From NCBI GenBank assembly GCA_049578505.1, contig JBAUMC010000039.1, positions 29,498 to 93,497 on the forward strand: a stretch of 64,000 nucleotides of DNA, given 5' to 3'. A program made the translations under genes and the position numbers. The notes under the pieces were generated by a model. The model was not told the DNA's origin and made no database searches. It saw only the letters and a list, made by a program, of their open reading frames with translations. The stretch is from Bacteroidota bacterium. Its GTDB lineage: Bacteria; Bacteroidota; Ignavibacteria; UBA10030; UBA8401. Of this stretch, positions 10,622 through 20,664 are shown piece by piece (position 1 is the stretch's first letter; each line of letters begins with the position of its first letter).

Positions 10622-11821
10622 ATGAATAAGCTGACTATCAATGATATCGATGTTCGCGGCAAGCGTGTTCTCGTGCGGGTAGACTTCAATGTACCGCTTG
10701 ACGAAAAACAAAACATTACAGACGGTACACGTATCGTCGAATCTCTTCCGACTATAAAAAAAATTCTCTCTTCCGGAGGTAAAGCGATTCTGATGAGTCA
10801 TCTCGGGCGTCCGAAGGGAAAACCGAAACCGGAGTTCAGTCTGAAGCCGGTGGCGGCCAGATTAGAGAAACTCTTGGGCAAGAAAGTCTACTTTGCATCT
10901 GATTGCATCGGTCAGCCCGCTGAATCTGCCGCGGCGGCTTTAAAGGAAGGCGAATGCCTTCTTCTGGAAAACTTGCGGTACCATAACGAAGAAGAGGCTA
11001 ACGATCCGGCCTTTGCCAAGTCCCTTGCCAAACTCGGCGACCTATATGTCAACGACGCCTTCGGCAGCGCCCATCGCGCCCATGCTTCGACGGAAGGCGT
11101 CACAAAATTTATCTCCGTTTCAGTTGCTGGATTATTGATGGAGAAGGAATTGAGGTATCTGGGCGCCGCTGTCGATAACCCTGTTCGCCCGTTTACAGCC
11201 ATTCTCGGCGGTGCTAAAATTTCAGGAAAGATCGACGTGATTCAAAATCTTTTATCCAAAGTCGATACGTTGATCATCGGCGGCGGAATGGCGTACACCT
11301 TCTACAAAGCACAAGGACTCGAAATTGGGAAGTCGCTCCTCGAAGCGGATAAGGTTGAACTGGCAGGACAAATTTTGGCCGCCGTTCAAAATAAAACTGT
11401 GAAATTCCTTTTGCCGGTAGATTGCGTTGTCGCAAGCGATTTCAAGAACGATGCAGAACGCAAAATTGTTACGAAGGATAAAATCCCTGCAACCTGGCAG
11501 GCCCTCGATATCGGCCCCGCGAGCGTTGAGCTCTTTTCAAGTGAGGTGAAAAAATCGAAGACCGTTGTCTGGAACGGTCCGATGGGCGTTTTCGAGTTTC
11601 CGAATTTTGCGGTCGGAACCAATGCCGTTGCGCGCGCGTTAGTAGAAGCGACGAAGAACGGGACGACTACGATTGTCGGAGGAGGGGATTCGGCTGCGGC
11701 TATCACACAGGCAGGAATGGCAAAAAGTGTAACGCATGTTTCTACGGGAGGCGGCGCCTCCCTAGAGTTTCTGGAAGGGAAGGTACTTCCCGGTGTCGCT
11801 GCGTTGACAGATAAGAAATAA
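10622..11821 (+). CDS. pgk: Phosphoglycerate kinase
   Basis: A 399 aa ORF. It carries the N-terminal RVDFNVP motif and the hinge/ATP-binding motifs typical of PGK. Confidence 0.95.
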   Translation: MNKLTINDIDVRGKRVLVRVDFNVPLDEKQNITDGTRIVESLPTIKKILSSGGKAILMSHLGRPKGKPKPEFSLKPVAARLEKLLGKKVYFASDCIGQPAESAAAALKEGECLLLENLRYHNEEEANDPAFAKSLAKLGDLYVNDAFGSAHRAHASTEGVTKFISVSVAGLLMEKELRYLGAAVDNPVRPFTAILGGAKISGKIDVIQNLLSKVDTLIIGGGMAYTFYKAQGLEIGKSLLEADKVELAGQILAAVQNKTVKFLLPVDCVVASDFKNDAERKIVTKDKIPATWQALDIGPASVELFSSEVKKSKTVVWNGPMGVFEFPNFAVGTNAVARALVEATKNGTTTIVGGGDSAAAITQAGMAKSVTHVSTGGGASLEFLEGKVLPGVAALTDKK

Positions 11822-11952
11822 TGGCTGTGCAACGGCTCATTAGCTCTCCGATTGCTTAAGGCAATCGAAGAGCTAAGCGCAGACCCTCCACGAAAATTTG
11901 CCTCTCAGGTTTCGGTCGTTTATATTGTAAAAGGAGTATAACAGAAGAAGCG

Positions 11953-12858
11953 ATGGCATATAATCGAAATCAATACAATAATTATTACCGCCCGAGTCTT
12001 TTCGGAGGGTTCAGTTTTTTCCCGCCTGTGATTAAGACTTTGCTTCTCTCTAACATCGGCGTCTTCCTTGTTATGCTATTTCTGGGGAATTTTCATGTTG
12101 GAGATTATTCCCTCTCGCTTGTGATGAACGAGTGGTTTGCGCTCTTCCCGATTGGGCAGGGTTTTCAAGTATGGCAGCTCTTCACCTACCTCTTCATGCA
12201 CGCAGGGTTAAGCCACCTCTTCTTCAACATGCTCGCGCTCTGGATGTTCGGGATGGAGTTGGAGAACACATGGGGGTCGCGAAAATTCCTGACATATTAT
12301 TTGGTATGCGGTATTGGGGCGGGATTATCGAACATCCTTATCGCCCCTCTGTTCACTTCAGTAGGGCCGACGATTGGTGCGTCGGGAGCGATTTACGGTG
12401 TACTGCTTGCCTTTGGATTGATGTTTCCCGATCGGTTGATTTTCATTTACTTCTTCATCCCGCTAAAAGCAAAGTACTTTGTTGTTCTGTATATGGTGAT
12501 TGAATTTGTCTCTGTCAGCAACACTGACGGTATTGCCCACTTCGCCCATTTGGGGGGCGCGGTTGTTGGTTTCATTTACCTCCTTGCCGATGGGTTCCGT
12601 TTTTCATGGCCGCAGAACTCGGTCCGGTCGCGGAATGTCTTCTCCGGATGGACAGCTCCTCGACGCCCGGCCGATAGCTATGAAAATGTCACCGAAGCCC
12701 AGGTCTATGATATCAACGAGCATCAGCGGAAGGAAGAGGCGCAGGTGACCCAGCAGCGTATTGACGATATACTTGACAAGATCAGTAAAGCGGGATACCA
12801 GAGCTTGAGCGATGAAGAAAAAAAGATGCTGTTCGAAGCAAGCAAAAAACTAAATTAA
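11953..12858 (+). CDS. Rhomboid-family intramembrane serine protease
   Basis: Multiple TM helices are present. The catalytic motifs GASGAIYG (Ser) and AHLGG (His) occur with rhomboid spacing. The C-terminal tail is soluble. Confidence 0.85.
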   Translation: MAYNRNQYNNYYRPSLFGGFSFFPPVIKTLLLSNIGVFLVMLFLGNFHVGDYSLSLVMNEWFALFPIGQGFQVWQLFTYLFMHAGLSHLFFNMLALWMFGMELENTWGSRKFLTYYLVCGIGAGLSNILIAPLFTSVGPTIGASGAIYGVLLAFGLMFPDRLIFIYFFIPLKAKYFVVLYMVIEFVSVSNTDGIAHFAHLGGAVVGFIYLLADGFRFSWPQNSVRSRNVFSGWTAPRRPADSYENVTEAQVYDINEHQRKEEAQVTQQRIDDILDKISKAGYQSLSDEEKKMLFEASKKLN

Positions 12859-12874
12859 TTGTTCTAAATTTCCT

Positions 12875-14005
12875 ATGGAAACACTTTTACCCATTCTTGA
12901 ACAACCGCAAGCTGAAGAGGCGCCGCATACTCATTACAAGGTCGGCGTGAGGCGGAAGACGCGTCAAGTCAATATCGGCGGAGTAAAGGTAGGAGGAGGA
13001 GCGCCGATTTCCGTTCAGACAATGACGAAGACGAAAACGGACGATGTAGCCGCGACGGTCGCACAGATAAAAGCCGCTGCGGAAGAAGGCTGCGATATAG
13101 TTCGCGTGACAGTGAATGATAAGGAGGCCGCGGAAGCGATGGCAGAGATTGTCCGGCAATCGCCTGTCCCGATAGTCGCAGATATTCATTTCAATCACGT
13201 CTTTGCATTGAAGGCGATCCAGGCAAATGTCGCGAAAGTTCGGATCAACCCGGGCAATATCGGTTCGAAGGACCGAATCCGGGAAGTATTGACGGCGGCG
13301 AAGGATAAGGGTATCCCCATTCGCATCGGTGTGAACTCGGGTTCACTCGAAGAAGATATTCTCGAAAAGCACGGTTACCCTACGGCGGAAGCTTTGTATG
13401 AAAGTGCCATGCGGCATGTCGGAATTTGTGACGAGTTTGATTTTCACGATGTCATCATTTCGGTAAAATCGACAGACGTGCGGCTCATGATCGAGGCATA
13501 CCGATTGGTCGCGGCACGCACGGATATTCCATTGCATCTTGGGGTGACCGAAGCGGGGCTCACCCGAGTCGGTACGATTAAGTCTTCAGTCGGCATCGGC
13601 ACGCTGCTGGCAGAAGGCATCGGCGATACGATCCGTGTTTCATTGACGGACGACCCGGTGAAAGAAGTTGAAGTCGGGAAGGAGATTCTTTGTTCGCTCG
13701 GCCTTGCATCACGGAACATCGAATTGATCGCCTGTCCGACTTGCGGCAGAATTGAAGTCGACCTCTTCAGCATTATGGCACAATTGGAAGAGAGGCTTCA
13801 GGGGATCAAAAAGCCCGTAAAAATCGCGGTGCTCGGATGCGTTGTGAATGGACCCGGCGAGGCAAGCGAAGCAGACATCGGTATCGCAGCCGGCAAAGGA
13901 GTTGCAATCCTGTATCGGAAAGGGGAGATGATCAAGCGAGTGAAAGAGAGCGAGATTGTCGATACGATCGTCGAGGAAGTTGCGAACTTTAAACCGAAAG
14001 TCTAG
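12875..14005 (+). CDS. ispG: 4-hydroxy-3-methylbut-2-en-1-yl diphosphate synthase (GcpE)
   Basis: A 376 aa ORF. It has the IspG TIM-barrel and C-terminal 4Fe-4S domain motifs (PISVQTMT, CPTCGR). Confidence 0.95.
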   Translation: METLLPILEQPQAEEAPHTHYKVGVRRKTRQVNIGGVKVGGGAPISVQTMTKTKTDDVAATVAQIKAAAEEGCDIVRVTVNDKEAAEAMAEIVRQSPVPIVADIHFNHVFALKAIQANVAKVRINPGNIGSKDRIREVLTAAKDKGIPIRIGVNSGSLEEDILEKHGYPTAEALYESAMRHVGICDEFDFHDVIISVKSTDVRLMIEAYRLVAARTDIPLHLGVTEAGLTRVGTIKSSVGIGTLLAEGIGDTIRVSLTDDPVKEVEVGKEILCSLGLASRNIELIACPTCGRIEVDLFSIMAQLEERLQGIKKPVKIAVLGCVVNGPGEASEADIGIAAGKGVAILYRKGEMIKRVKESEIVDTIVEEVANFKPKV

Positions 14006-14102
14006 GGAATACCCTTACTCAATTGAAGCAAATTGTTTTTCCTTGTCGAAGGTAGTTTTATTGCGCGATCGATGAGCAGCCAAAGGGGAAAAATTCTTCA
14101 AT

Positions 14103-14663
14103 TCAAGGCCTTAATTTAATAAATCGTCTGCCAACCACCCTGTCTGCAGCGGCCAACGCTCCGATTGTCAATGCTATAATAAAGACTGTTTTCCAGAATT
14201 GAACGTCACCAGTAGCTTCGAGTGCTCGTGTTATCGTGGACGATCGCTGGACGAATGTCTCTAATCCTTTCTCATACATTTCGGATACAGGAGCAACGAA
14301 TTGCGTTATTGAGTGAGAAGTCTTCTCGTATTGGTCGTTCGTGCTCGACACTTGGGAAATGGCGAATCCTATAATTGCGAGCACTATGAGCATCGCAACT
14401 AAACTCCCCAATTTGCTGAGAAACCGAAGAGCCAGCGAATCGCGTGAAGGCGTACTAAGATTAATCATGACCGATGCGGCTAAACTTGCCGGAGCCTTAA
14501 CCAGAGTCTCACCCTTCACGATCCGTCCCATCGAATGTTCCAACTCAACTATCCGGCGGCAGGGAGCGCAAACGGTAAGATGCGCTGCGATCTTGCCGGT
14601 TTCCGCTTTGCCAAGCCGACCGTCTATGAACTCAAAAAGCTCTGGTGATGTCGGGTGGATCAT
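14103..14663 (-). CDS. Zinc-finger anti-sigma factor (membrane-spanning), partner of the adjacent ECF sigma
   Basis: The HxxxCxxC ZAS motif (AAHLTVCAPC) is followed by a single TM helix. A 4-nt overlap with the upstream sigma gene is a typical sigma/anti-sigma arrangement. Confidence 0.7.
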   Translation of the reverse strand: MIHPTSPELFEFIDGRLGKAETGKIAAHLTVCAPCRRIVELEHSMGRIVKGETLVKAPASLAASVMINLSTPSRDSLALRFLSKLGSLVAMLIVLAIIGFAISQVSSTNDQYEKTSHSITQFVAPVSEMYEKGLETFVQRSSTITRALEATGDVQFWKTVFIIALTIGALAAADRVVGRRFIKLRP

Positions 14664-15244
14664 TGTGCAATCTCCTTGATACCGGTTCGTCGAAGGATTC
14701 CCTCGCGCAACATGATGCGTGCTCGGAATAAACGTGCCTTCACAGTTCCCAGCGGCGATCCGACGATTGTAACGATTTCTTCGTAGCTTAAATCGTCGAG
14801 GTAAAACATTGTTGTGATTCCGCTGTACAGCGGCGGGAGTTCATTTATTGACTCTAATACATGCTGCCTGAATTCTTCCCCCTCGACAAGCGAATCCGGA
14901 ATCTCACTGAGATCCGGAATTTCGTCCCGCCACTCTCCCTCATGTTCGTCTGATGAAATCGATTCTAACGGCACTCCGCGCTTCGATAGAACGGTCGAAC
15001 AAACGTTGAATAAAATTCTGTACAGCCATGTCGAAAATCGTGACCTTTTCTCGAACTGTCCAAGTGCATTGAAGGCCCTCACGAATGCATCCTGGACGGC
15101 TTCTTCCGCCTCTTCCCGGTTTCGAAGCATTCGGATGGCAAGCGTCATTGCCTTGTCCTGATGTCGTTCTACAAGTTCTGCAAATGAGCGGGTGTTTCCG
15201 CCAAGAACTCGGCTAATGATCTCATGGTCTGACAGCGATTCCAT
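14660..15244 (-). CDS. RNA polymerase ECF-type sigma-70 factor
   Basis: Sigma-70 region 2 (AEEAVQDAFVRAF...FSTWLYRI) and region 4 (LDDLSYEEIVTIVGSPLGTVKARLFRAR) are both present. Confidence 0.85.
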   Translation of the reverse strand: MESLSDHEIISRVLGGNTRSFAELVERHQDKAMTLAIRMLRNREEAEEAVQDAFVRAFNALGQFEKRSRFSTWLYRILFNVCSTVLSKRGVPLESISSDEHEGEWRDEIPDLSEIPDSLVEGEEFRQHVLESINELPPLYSGITTMFYLDDLSYEEIVTIVGSPLGTVKARLFRARIMLREGILRRTGIKEIAQ

Positions 15245-15400
15245 TAATTCTGCATAAGGGTGTGTACCTTCTTAGACTTCAAGAACGAGTTCAGGGTTGC
15301 GTAAAAAATATCTTTTCAACCCGCAACCTTCATCATCAATTTCAAGTCAAAGATAGTAAAGAGGCAATTGAACGTCAATCAACTTCTCAAGGAGGATGCT

Positions 15401-15748
15401 ATGGTCGATATATTGGTTCCTATCACGATGTTCGTAGGTGCTGCAGTAGTTCTTTGGAAATTTTTTGATTCCAGGCACATCGAGAGGAAAGCTATAATCG
15501 ACAAAGGACTGAATCCATCCGACTATATGGAACTGTACAAACACCAATCCTTAGCTACACATCCGCTTTCTAGCTTGAAATGGGGTTTGTTGGCAATATT
15601 TGCAGGATTGGGTACTCTCACTGCTGCTGTTTTAAACAGTTGGTATCATTATGAGGGGGCGATCTTTCCGGGTGTGATTCTTGTATTTGGCGGGGCAGGA
15701 CTGGTTTTGTTTTATGCAATTGCGTCGAAGAAAACAAAAGAGCTCTGA
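15401..15748 (+). CDS. Small membrane protein (3 predicted TM helices), function unknown
   Basis: GGAGG lies 6 nt upstream of the ATG at 15401. The longer ORF-track start at 15368 lacks an SD. The gene is divergent from the ECF sigma operon. Confidence 0.5.
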   Translation: MVDILVPITMFVGAAVVLWKFFDSRHIERKAIIDKGLNPSDYMELYKHQSLATHPLSSLKWGLLAIFAGLGTLTAAVLNSWYHYEGAIFPGVILVFGGAGLVLFYAIASKKTKEL

Positions 15749-15901
15749 TCAATCGCCTGCGTTTTCAAAAAAATATTTCTCACGCGGAATCGGAAAAGAA
15801 CATACATCGACTTCGCGTGAGAAACCTCTTTTATTTGACCCCATTTTCCTCTATATTTCTTGTGTAGGAGTTCTTCACAATTTCACACAAGGAATAGAAT
15901 T

Positions 15902-16696
15902 TTGTCCGCTCAGTTAAACATCCTTTTCATCGGTGACATCGTCGGAAAGCCCGGACTGGAGATGACGTCAACGATTCTCAAGAGCCTTCTCGAAAAGCAC
16001 CGCATCGATATGTGTATCGCCAACGGTGAAAACCTCACGGACGGCAAAGGCCTTTCGGAAGAAGATGCAAAAAAGCTCTTCGACCTGGGAGTTCATGTTA
16101 TCACCTCCGGAAATCATGTGTGGGATCGCTGGGATTCCCGCAAGGTGCTTGGAGGAAACAGAAATATTCTGCGTCCCCTGAACTACCCACGTGAAAACGC
16201 TGGGAACGGTTTTGTGATTTATGAACTTGAAGGAAAGGGGAAGGTCGGAGTTCTTAACGTCCAAGGAAGGACGTACATGCAGCCTCTGGACGACCCGTTT
16301 AAGGTTGTCGACTGGGCGCTTGGGAAAATCAACGAGGTGACGAAGGTTTCGATTCTCGATTTTCACGCCGAAGCGACCGCAGAAAAGATCGCTATGGGAT
16401 GGTACGTTGACGGCCGGGTCAGTGCCGTCGTCGGGACTCATACCCACACTCCGACTGCCGATGCGAAGATTCTTCCGCGGAGTACTGCTTTTATTACCGA
16501 TGTCGGCATGTCCGGGCCGTATGATTCGGTAATTGGGATGAACAAGGAGCAAGCCATTCATCGTTTCCTCAAACAAACGCCTCATAAATATGAGACGGCG
16601 ACAAATGACGTTCATCTTTGCGCTGTCGTAATCGAGGTTGAAGTTGAGACCGGTAAAGCCTTGCGGATAGAGCAAATTATCTTCCCCAAATTTTGA
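15902..16696 (+). CDS. YmdB-family metallophosphoesterase (2',3'-cyclic-nucleotide phosphodiesterase-like, TIGR00282)
   Basis: ILFIGDIVGKPG...GENLTDGKGL...ITSGNHVWD are diagnostic of YmdB. The proposed TTG start at 15902 follows AAGGAA by 7 nt and gives the canonical N-terminus. The ORF-track start at 15860 is probably too long. Confidence 0.8.
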   Translation: MSAQLNILFIGDIVGKPGLEMTSTILKSLLEKHRIDMCIANGENLTDGKGLSEEDAKKLFDLGVHVITSGNHVWDRWDSRKVLGGNRNILRPLNYPRENAGNGFVIYELEGKGKVGVLNVQGRTYMQPLDDPFKVVDWALGKINEVTKVSILDFHAEATAEKIAMGWYVDGRVSAVVGTHTHTPTADAKILPRSTAFITDVGMSGPYDSVIGMNKEQAIHRFLKQTPHKYETATNDVHLCAVVIEVEVETGKALRIEQIIFPKF

Positions 16697-16752
16697 AAAT
16701 TGCCAAAGGGGCGGTTTAAAGTACAAGGCAAATGCTCATTGTACTTGATGCC

Positions 16753-16840
16753 GGCTCAGTTTGAGAAAAAATTGTAATGCCCACATTCCGAAGGACTCCT
16801 TCGGAGGATGCCTTTGGCACGGGGGAATGACAAATTGACC
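16753..16840. repeat. Copy 1 of a three-copy intergenic repeat family (GGCTCARTTTGAGAAA...ATGCCCAC...CCGAAGG-hairpin-GGGAATGRCAAATTG)
   Basis: Direct comparison with the copies at 28694-28822 and 32603-32678. The conserved ends are partially reverse-complementary (CAATTTG / CAAATTG), and the central hairpin is CCGAAGGA-c-TCCTTCGG. Confidence 0.6.
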
Positions 16841-16895
16841 CAATACCTATTATTTCTCACGCCCCGGTATCGTGCTTTATAACTAAACGCTCACT

Positions 16896-17792
16896 ATGTC
16901 AGCACTGATCATTGACGGAAAGAAAATAGCCGAAGAGATTCGAGGCGAGGTGAAGGATTCTGCATTGCGATTGAAAACCCGAACGGGGATCGCACCCGGG
17001 CTTGCGTTCATTCTTGTCGGCGAGAATCCGGCATCGCAATCGTACGTGAAGAGTAAAGGGAAAGCGTGCGAGGAATTAGGATTCTATTCTGTCACGGAGA
17101 AATTACCCGAATCAATTTCGGAAGCTGAAGTACTTTCCATGATTGAGGCATTCAACAGCGACATGAAAATACACGGCATCCTCGTCCAGCTCCCTCTCCC
17201 CAAACATATCAACGAACAAAAAATTATTGAAGCGATCTCGCCTGAAAAAGACGTTGATGGATTTCATCCTATCAGCGCCGGCAGAATGATGATCGGCGCT
17301 GAGACATTTCACCCCTGCACACCCGCCGGTATCTTGGAACTCTTAAAGCGGAGCAAAATTAATCCGTCCGGGAAGCACGTAGTCGTCGCCGGACGCAGCA
17401 ACATTGTCGGCAAGCCGGTTGCAAATATGCTTATGCAGAAAAAAGAATGGTGCAACGCGATCGTGACCGTTGCGCACACTGGCGCCCCCGACCTCGGATA
17501 TTATACACGCCAGGCCGACATCCTGATTGTCGCGATCGGAAAACCCCGGGCCATCACCGCATCGATGGTCAAACCGGGTGGGGTTGTGATTGATGTCGGT
17601 ATCAATCGCGTCGAAGATCGTTCGACAAAAACAGGCTACAGCCTTGTTGGGGATGTCGATTTTGATTCGGTGAAGGAAACCGCAGGTACGATTACTCCTG
17701 TTCCGGGGGGCGTAGGGCCGATGACCATTGCCATGTTGATGGTGAACACTCTGAAATCGGCTGAACGATTCCAGAACGCAATGAAGCGTTGA
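16896..17792 (+). CDS. folD: Bifunctional methylenetetrahydrofolate dehydrogenase / methenyl-THF cyclohydrolase
   Basis: A 298 aa ORF with canonical FolD motifs (YVKSKGKACEE, GRSNIVGKP, PVPGGVGPMT). Confidence 0.95.
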   Translation: MSALIIDGKKIAEEIRGEVKDSALRLKTRTGIAPGLAFILVGENPASQSYVKSKGKACEELGFYSVTEKLPESISEAEVLSMIEAFNSDMKIHGILVQLPLPKHINEQKIIEAISPEKDVDGFHPISAGRMMIGAETFHPCTPAGILELLKRSKINPSGKHVVVAGRSNIVGKPVANMLMQKKEWCNAIVTVAHTGAPDLGYYTRQADILIVAIGKPRAITASMVKPGGVVIDVGINRVEDRSTKTGYSLVGDVDFDSVKETAGTITPVPGGVGPMTIAMLMVNTLKSAERFQNAMKR

Positions 17793-17837
17793 AACCTTTG
17801 TGCCCAGGATGCGTCCATTTATTTAGATCATTGCCCT

Positions 17838-19688
17838 ATGAAAGTTTTATTTCTCCTCACATTCCTCGTTGTTCCTTTTTCCCACGCGCCGGCTCAAACT
17901 CAGGACGAACAAAATAAATTTCGCTTAGCGCAGAGCTTTGAACAAGCGGGGGAGTACGACCGCGCAAGCCAATTATATGGAGAACTGGTTCGATCCGACT
18001 CGGTGAACTTCGCTTATTTCACCGGCCTTCGCCGGTGCTACGAACAACTGAAAAACTATGACGCAGCGATTGCCATAACCCTCCGCTGGCTGAATCAAAA
18101 GCCGCAGGACATCGACAACATGGCAGCATTGGGTGCGCTTTTTTACAAGGCCGGGAACGAAGCGCGCGCTGATTCTATGTGGAACGTAGCGCTCTCTGTC
18201 GCTCCCAAAAGCGTTACGAACTACAGCATCGTGAGTATGGTCCAATCGGATAACCGCTTGTTCGATAAGTCGATTGCGACGTATGTTCGGGGAAGGAAGG
18301 AAATCGGCGAGCCGGCATTATTTGCCGGAGAACTGGCAATGCTCTACTCCTTGATGATGGATTATGCTGATGCAACACGTGAATACATAACAATACTCTC
18401 CTTAAATGACCGCGATATTGACCTCGTTGAGTCTCGGCTGGCAGGCTTCACTGCAAAAGAAGAAGGGCTTGCCGCAGCGACAAAAACATTTGAGGAAGCC
18501 ATTGCGAAGGAGTCAAAAAGTATCGCGTTCCATCGCTTGTTGCTCTGGCTCTATATGGAAGGGAAGCGGTTTGACAAAGCGTTTGATGTGGCCAAAGAAA
18601 TAGACGAGTCGACCCACTCGTTCGGCGCCGAAATGGAGTCATTTGCCGATCTGGTCTTTAAGGAAAAAGCGTACGACGTTGCAGCCAAAGCGTACCGATA
18701 CTCAATTGAAAACTATCCCATGATGCCTAGACTGCCGGAGGCAAAATTTGGTTATGCGCGTGCCTTGGAAGAGATGGGCGCCACCGTAGACACGTTGAAT
18801 GCTCTGCATTCGTCGAGCAGCGGTTTCCTCTCGGAGTCGCAGCCGGGTTATCACGGGGTAATGGAATTGTATCTTTCGCTGTCAAAAGAATATCCCCGCT
18901 CTGAGATCAGCGTGCAGGCATTGTACCGTGCCGGTCTCATGCAGTACAAATATTATTTTGACCTGAACGGAGCAGTGCAAATTTTTGACTCTCTTCTTAC
19001 GCTTTCGTTTGCCCGGCAAATGGAGCCTGCGATTCTGGAGACGACCGGCGAGATTAATGTCGTGCAAGGGAAACTGGATAAGGCCGCTTACAGGTATTCG
19101 GAAATTTTATCGTCGGAGAATGCACTTCCCGAGGAGAAAACCCGGGCACGATTTCACTTGGCGGAAATTCAGTACTTCCAATGCAATTTCGACAGTGCGT
19201 CGAAAATTCTTGACGGGATAGCGCAGGCTCTTGCGGACGACGAATCGAACGACGCACTCCTCCTTCTACATTTCATCAGGGAAAATCGATCGGGATATGT
19301 TGATGCGCTGAAGGAATATTCGCGAGCATCTTTGCTGGAACGCCAAAAGAAATTTTCGGAGGCAATTCCGGTGCTGGCTTCCATCGTCCAGGCTTTTCCC
19401 GACGCTCCTCTCGCCGATAACGCCCTTATCAAAAAGGCGAAACTTTCTACTGCTATCGGCCAAAACAGTGATGCTCTTTCATCATATCAAAAATTGCTGA
19501 ACGATTATCCGAAAAGCATCCTTCGCGACAAAGCGCAGTTCGGCATTGGCGATGTGTATCAATTTCAATTGAAGGAGAAAGAAAAAGCGATTCAAGCGTA
19601 TGAAGAGCTTCTGGCGTTCTATCCTAATTCGCTGTTGGTCGAACAAGCCCGGAAAAGAATCCGTGAACTGCGGGGTGATGTTCTGTAG
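17838..19688 (+). CDS. Secreted tetratricopeptide-repeat protein
   Basis: A signal peptide (MKVLFLLTFLVVPFSHAPAQ) is followed by multiple TPR-like repeats across 616 aa. Confidence 0.8.
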   Translation: MKVLFLLTFLVVPFSHAPAQTQDEQNKFRLAQSFEQAGEYDRASQLYGELVRSDSVNFAYFTGLRRCYEQLKNYDAAIAITLRWLNQKPQDIDNMAALGALFYKAGNEARADSMWNVALSVAPKSVTNYSIVSMVQSDNRLFDKSIATYVRGRKEIGEPALFAGELAMLYSLMMDYADATREYITILSLNDRDIDLVESRLAGFTAKEEGLAAATKTFEEAIAKESKSIAFHRLLLWLYMEGKRFDKAFDVAKEIDESTHSFGAEMESFADLVFKEKAYDVAAKAYRYSIENYPMMPRLPEAKFGYARALEEMGATVDTLNALHSSSSGFLSESQPGYHGVMELYLSLSKEYPRSEISVQALYRAGLMQYKYYFDLNGAVQIFDSLLTLSFARQMEPAILETTGEINVVQGKLDKAAYRYSEILSSENALPEEKTRARFHLAEIQYFQCNFDSASKILDGIAQALADDESNDALLLLHFIRENRSGYVDALKEYSRASLLERQKKFSEAIPVLASIVQAFPDAPLADNALIKKAKLSTAIGQNSDALSSYQKLLNDYPKSILRDKAQFGIGDVYQFQLKEKEKAIQAYEELLAFYPNSLLVEQARKRIRELRGDVL

Positions 19689-19752
19689 GGACTTGACTTG
19701 AATCTTTCGGCTATGTATCTTCACCTATGAAGCTATTTTGGAGGTTGAAGCC

Positions 19753-20433
19753 ATGAAGTCAATTATTTGTATCTGTTTCTTGACCGCAACCACGGCAGCG
19801 TTTGCACAAGGCTCGTATCCCCTTGGTGATGACCAAGTTCGTTCGGAAATGTCGGTGAGTGAACTCCATTCATCCCAAATGAACGACCGTGCCGATTTCG
19901 GAATCACAACAGGATTTGCCGGATTTAAGATTGACGATATTGCCCGCGAAGGCGTCAACGTTGATCTTCATGCCCTGCTTTCAAGGATATCCCCACTGCG
20001 TATCGAGTTTAACGCCGGCGTCATTTTTTACAGTTCCGCTTACTCACCGATCGGTCAATTTTCCCAGTATTCTCAATACGGCTACCAATCGGACATTTAT
20101 TATGCCAATGAATATTCACAGCCTCGATCCGGTATCAACTTCGGTCTCGGCTATATCGGGAGCGACGTTCTTTACTATTTTTCTGATGGTAAAATACGCC
20201 CGTATGTTGCCGCCGGAGTCGACGCAGTTACCTGGCAAATGAGCGAAGGTTTGGCGGGAACGCTCGCCCCCTCCGCACGCGCTGGAATCGAAATTGCGAT
20301 GAATTCTTCGTTCACCGGATTTGTAGAGGCGCGTTACATGTACGGGTTCCCGAACCTGTTGAATCAATATTCGTCTTCGCTTTACTATGTTACCGACATT
20401 GCCTTCGGCATGTCGTTTGCGCCAAATTTGTAA
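19753..20433 (+). CDS. Outer-membrane beta-barrel protein (OMP_b-brl/porin-like)
   Basis: A signal peptide ends in AFAQG. Alternating hydrophobic beta-strand patterns and a C-terminal aromatic-rich strand are present. GGAGG precedes the ATG at 19753. Confidence 0.6.
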   Translation: MKSIICICFLTATTAAFAQGSYPLGDDQVRSEMSVSELHSSQMNDRADFGITTGFAGFKIDDIAREGVNVDLHALLSRISPLRIEFNAGVIFYSSAYSPIGQFSQYSQYGYQSDIYYANEYSQPRSGINFGLGYIGSDVLYYFSDGKIRPYVAAGVDAVTWQMSEGLAGTLAPSARAGIEIAMNSSFTGFVEARYMYGFPNLLNQYSSSLYYVTDIAFGMSFAPNL

Positions 20434-20664
20434 CTCTGAGAGCGCACCCCTTTCCCTCCTGTCGCCTTTTCAGAAGAAGATTGTTCTTGTGTAATCAACT
20501 CATTGTTTCCTTCCCACCGGTTGGTGATATCGATAAGCCGGTTGACGTTCGCTCTTCCAGAAGTGATTATACTATCACGATCAAAAATTTGTTACAATTA
20601 TGTTCGTTCATAGTGAAGAATATCGGAAGAAATTTTTGATGAAAGAAAATAAATTTGTGTCACG

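Noticed and set aside
14006-14102. Possible bidirectional terminator between ispG and the convergent anti-sigma gene
   Set aside because: I could not find a convincing stem-loop plus T-tract in this 97-bp space.
15968-16726. 252-aa ORF on the minus strand
   Set aside because: It lies entirely antisense to the well-supported YmdB-family metallophosphoesterase gene (15902-16696). It has no RBS and no recognisable domain, so it is a shadow ORF.
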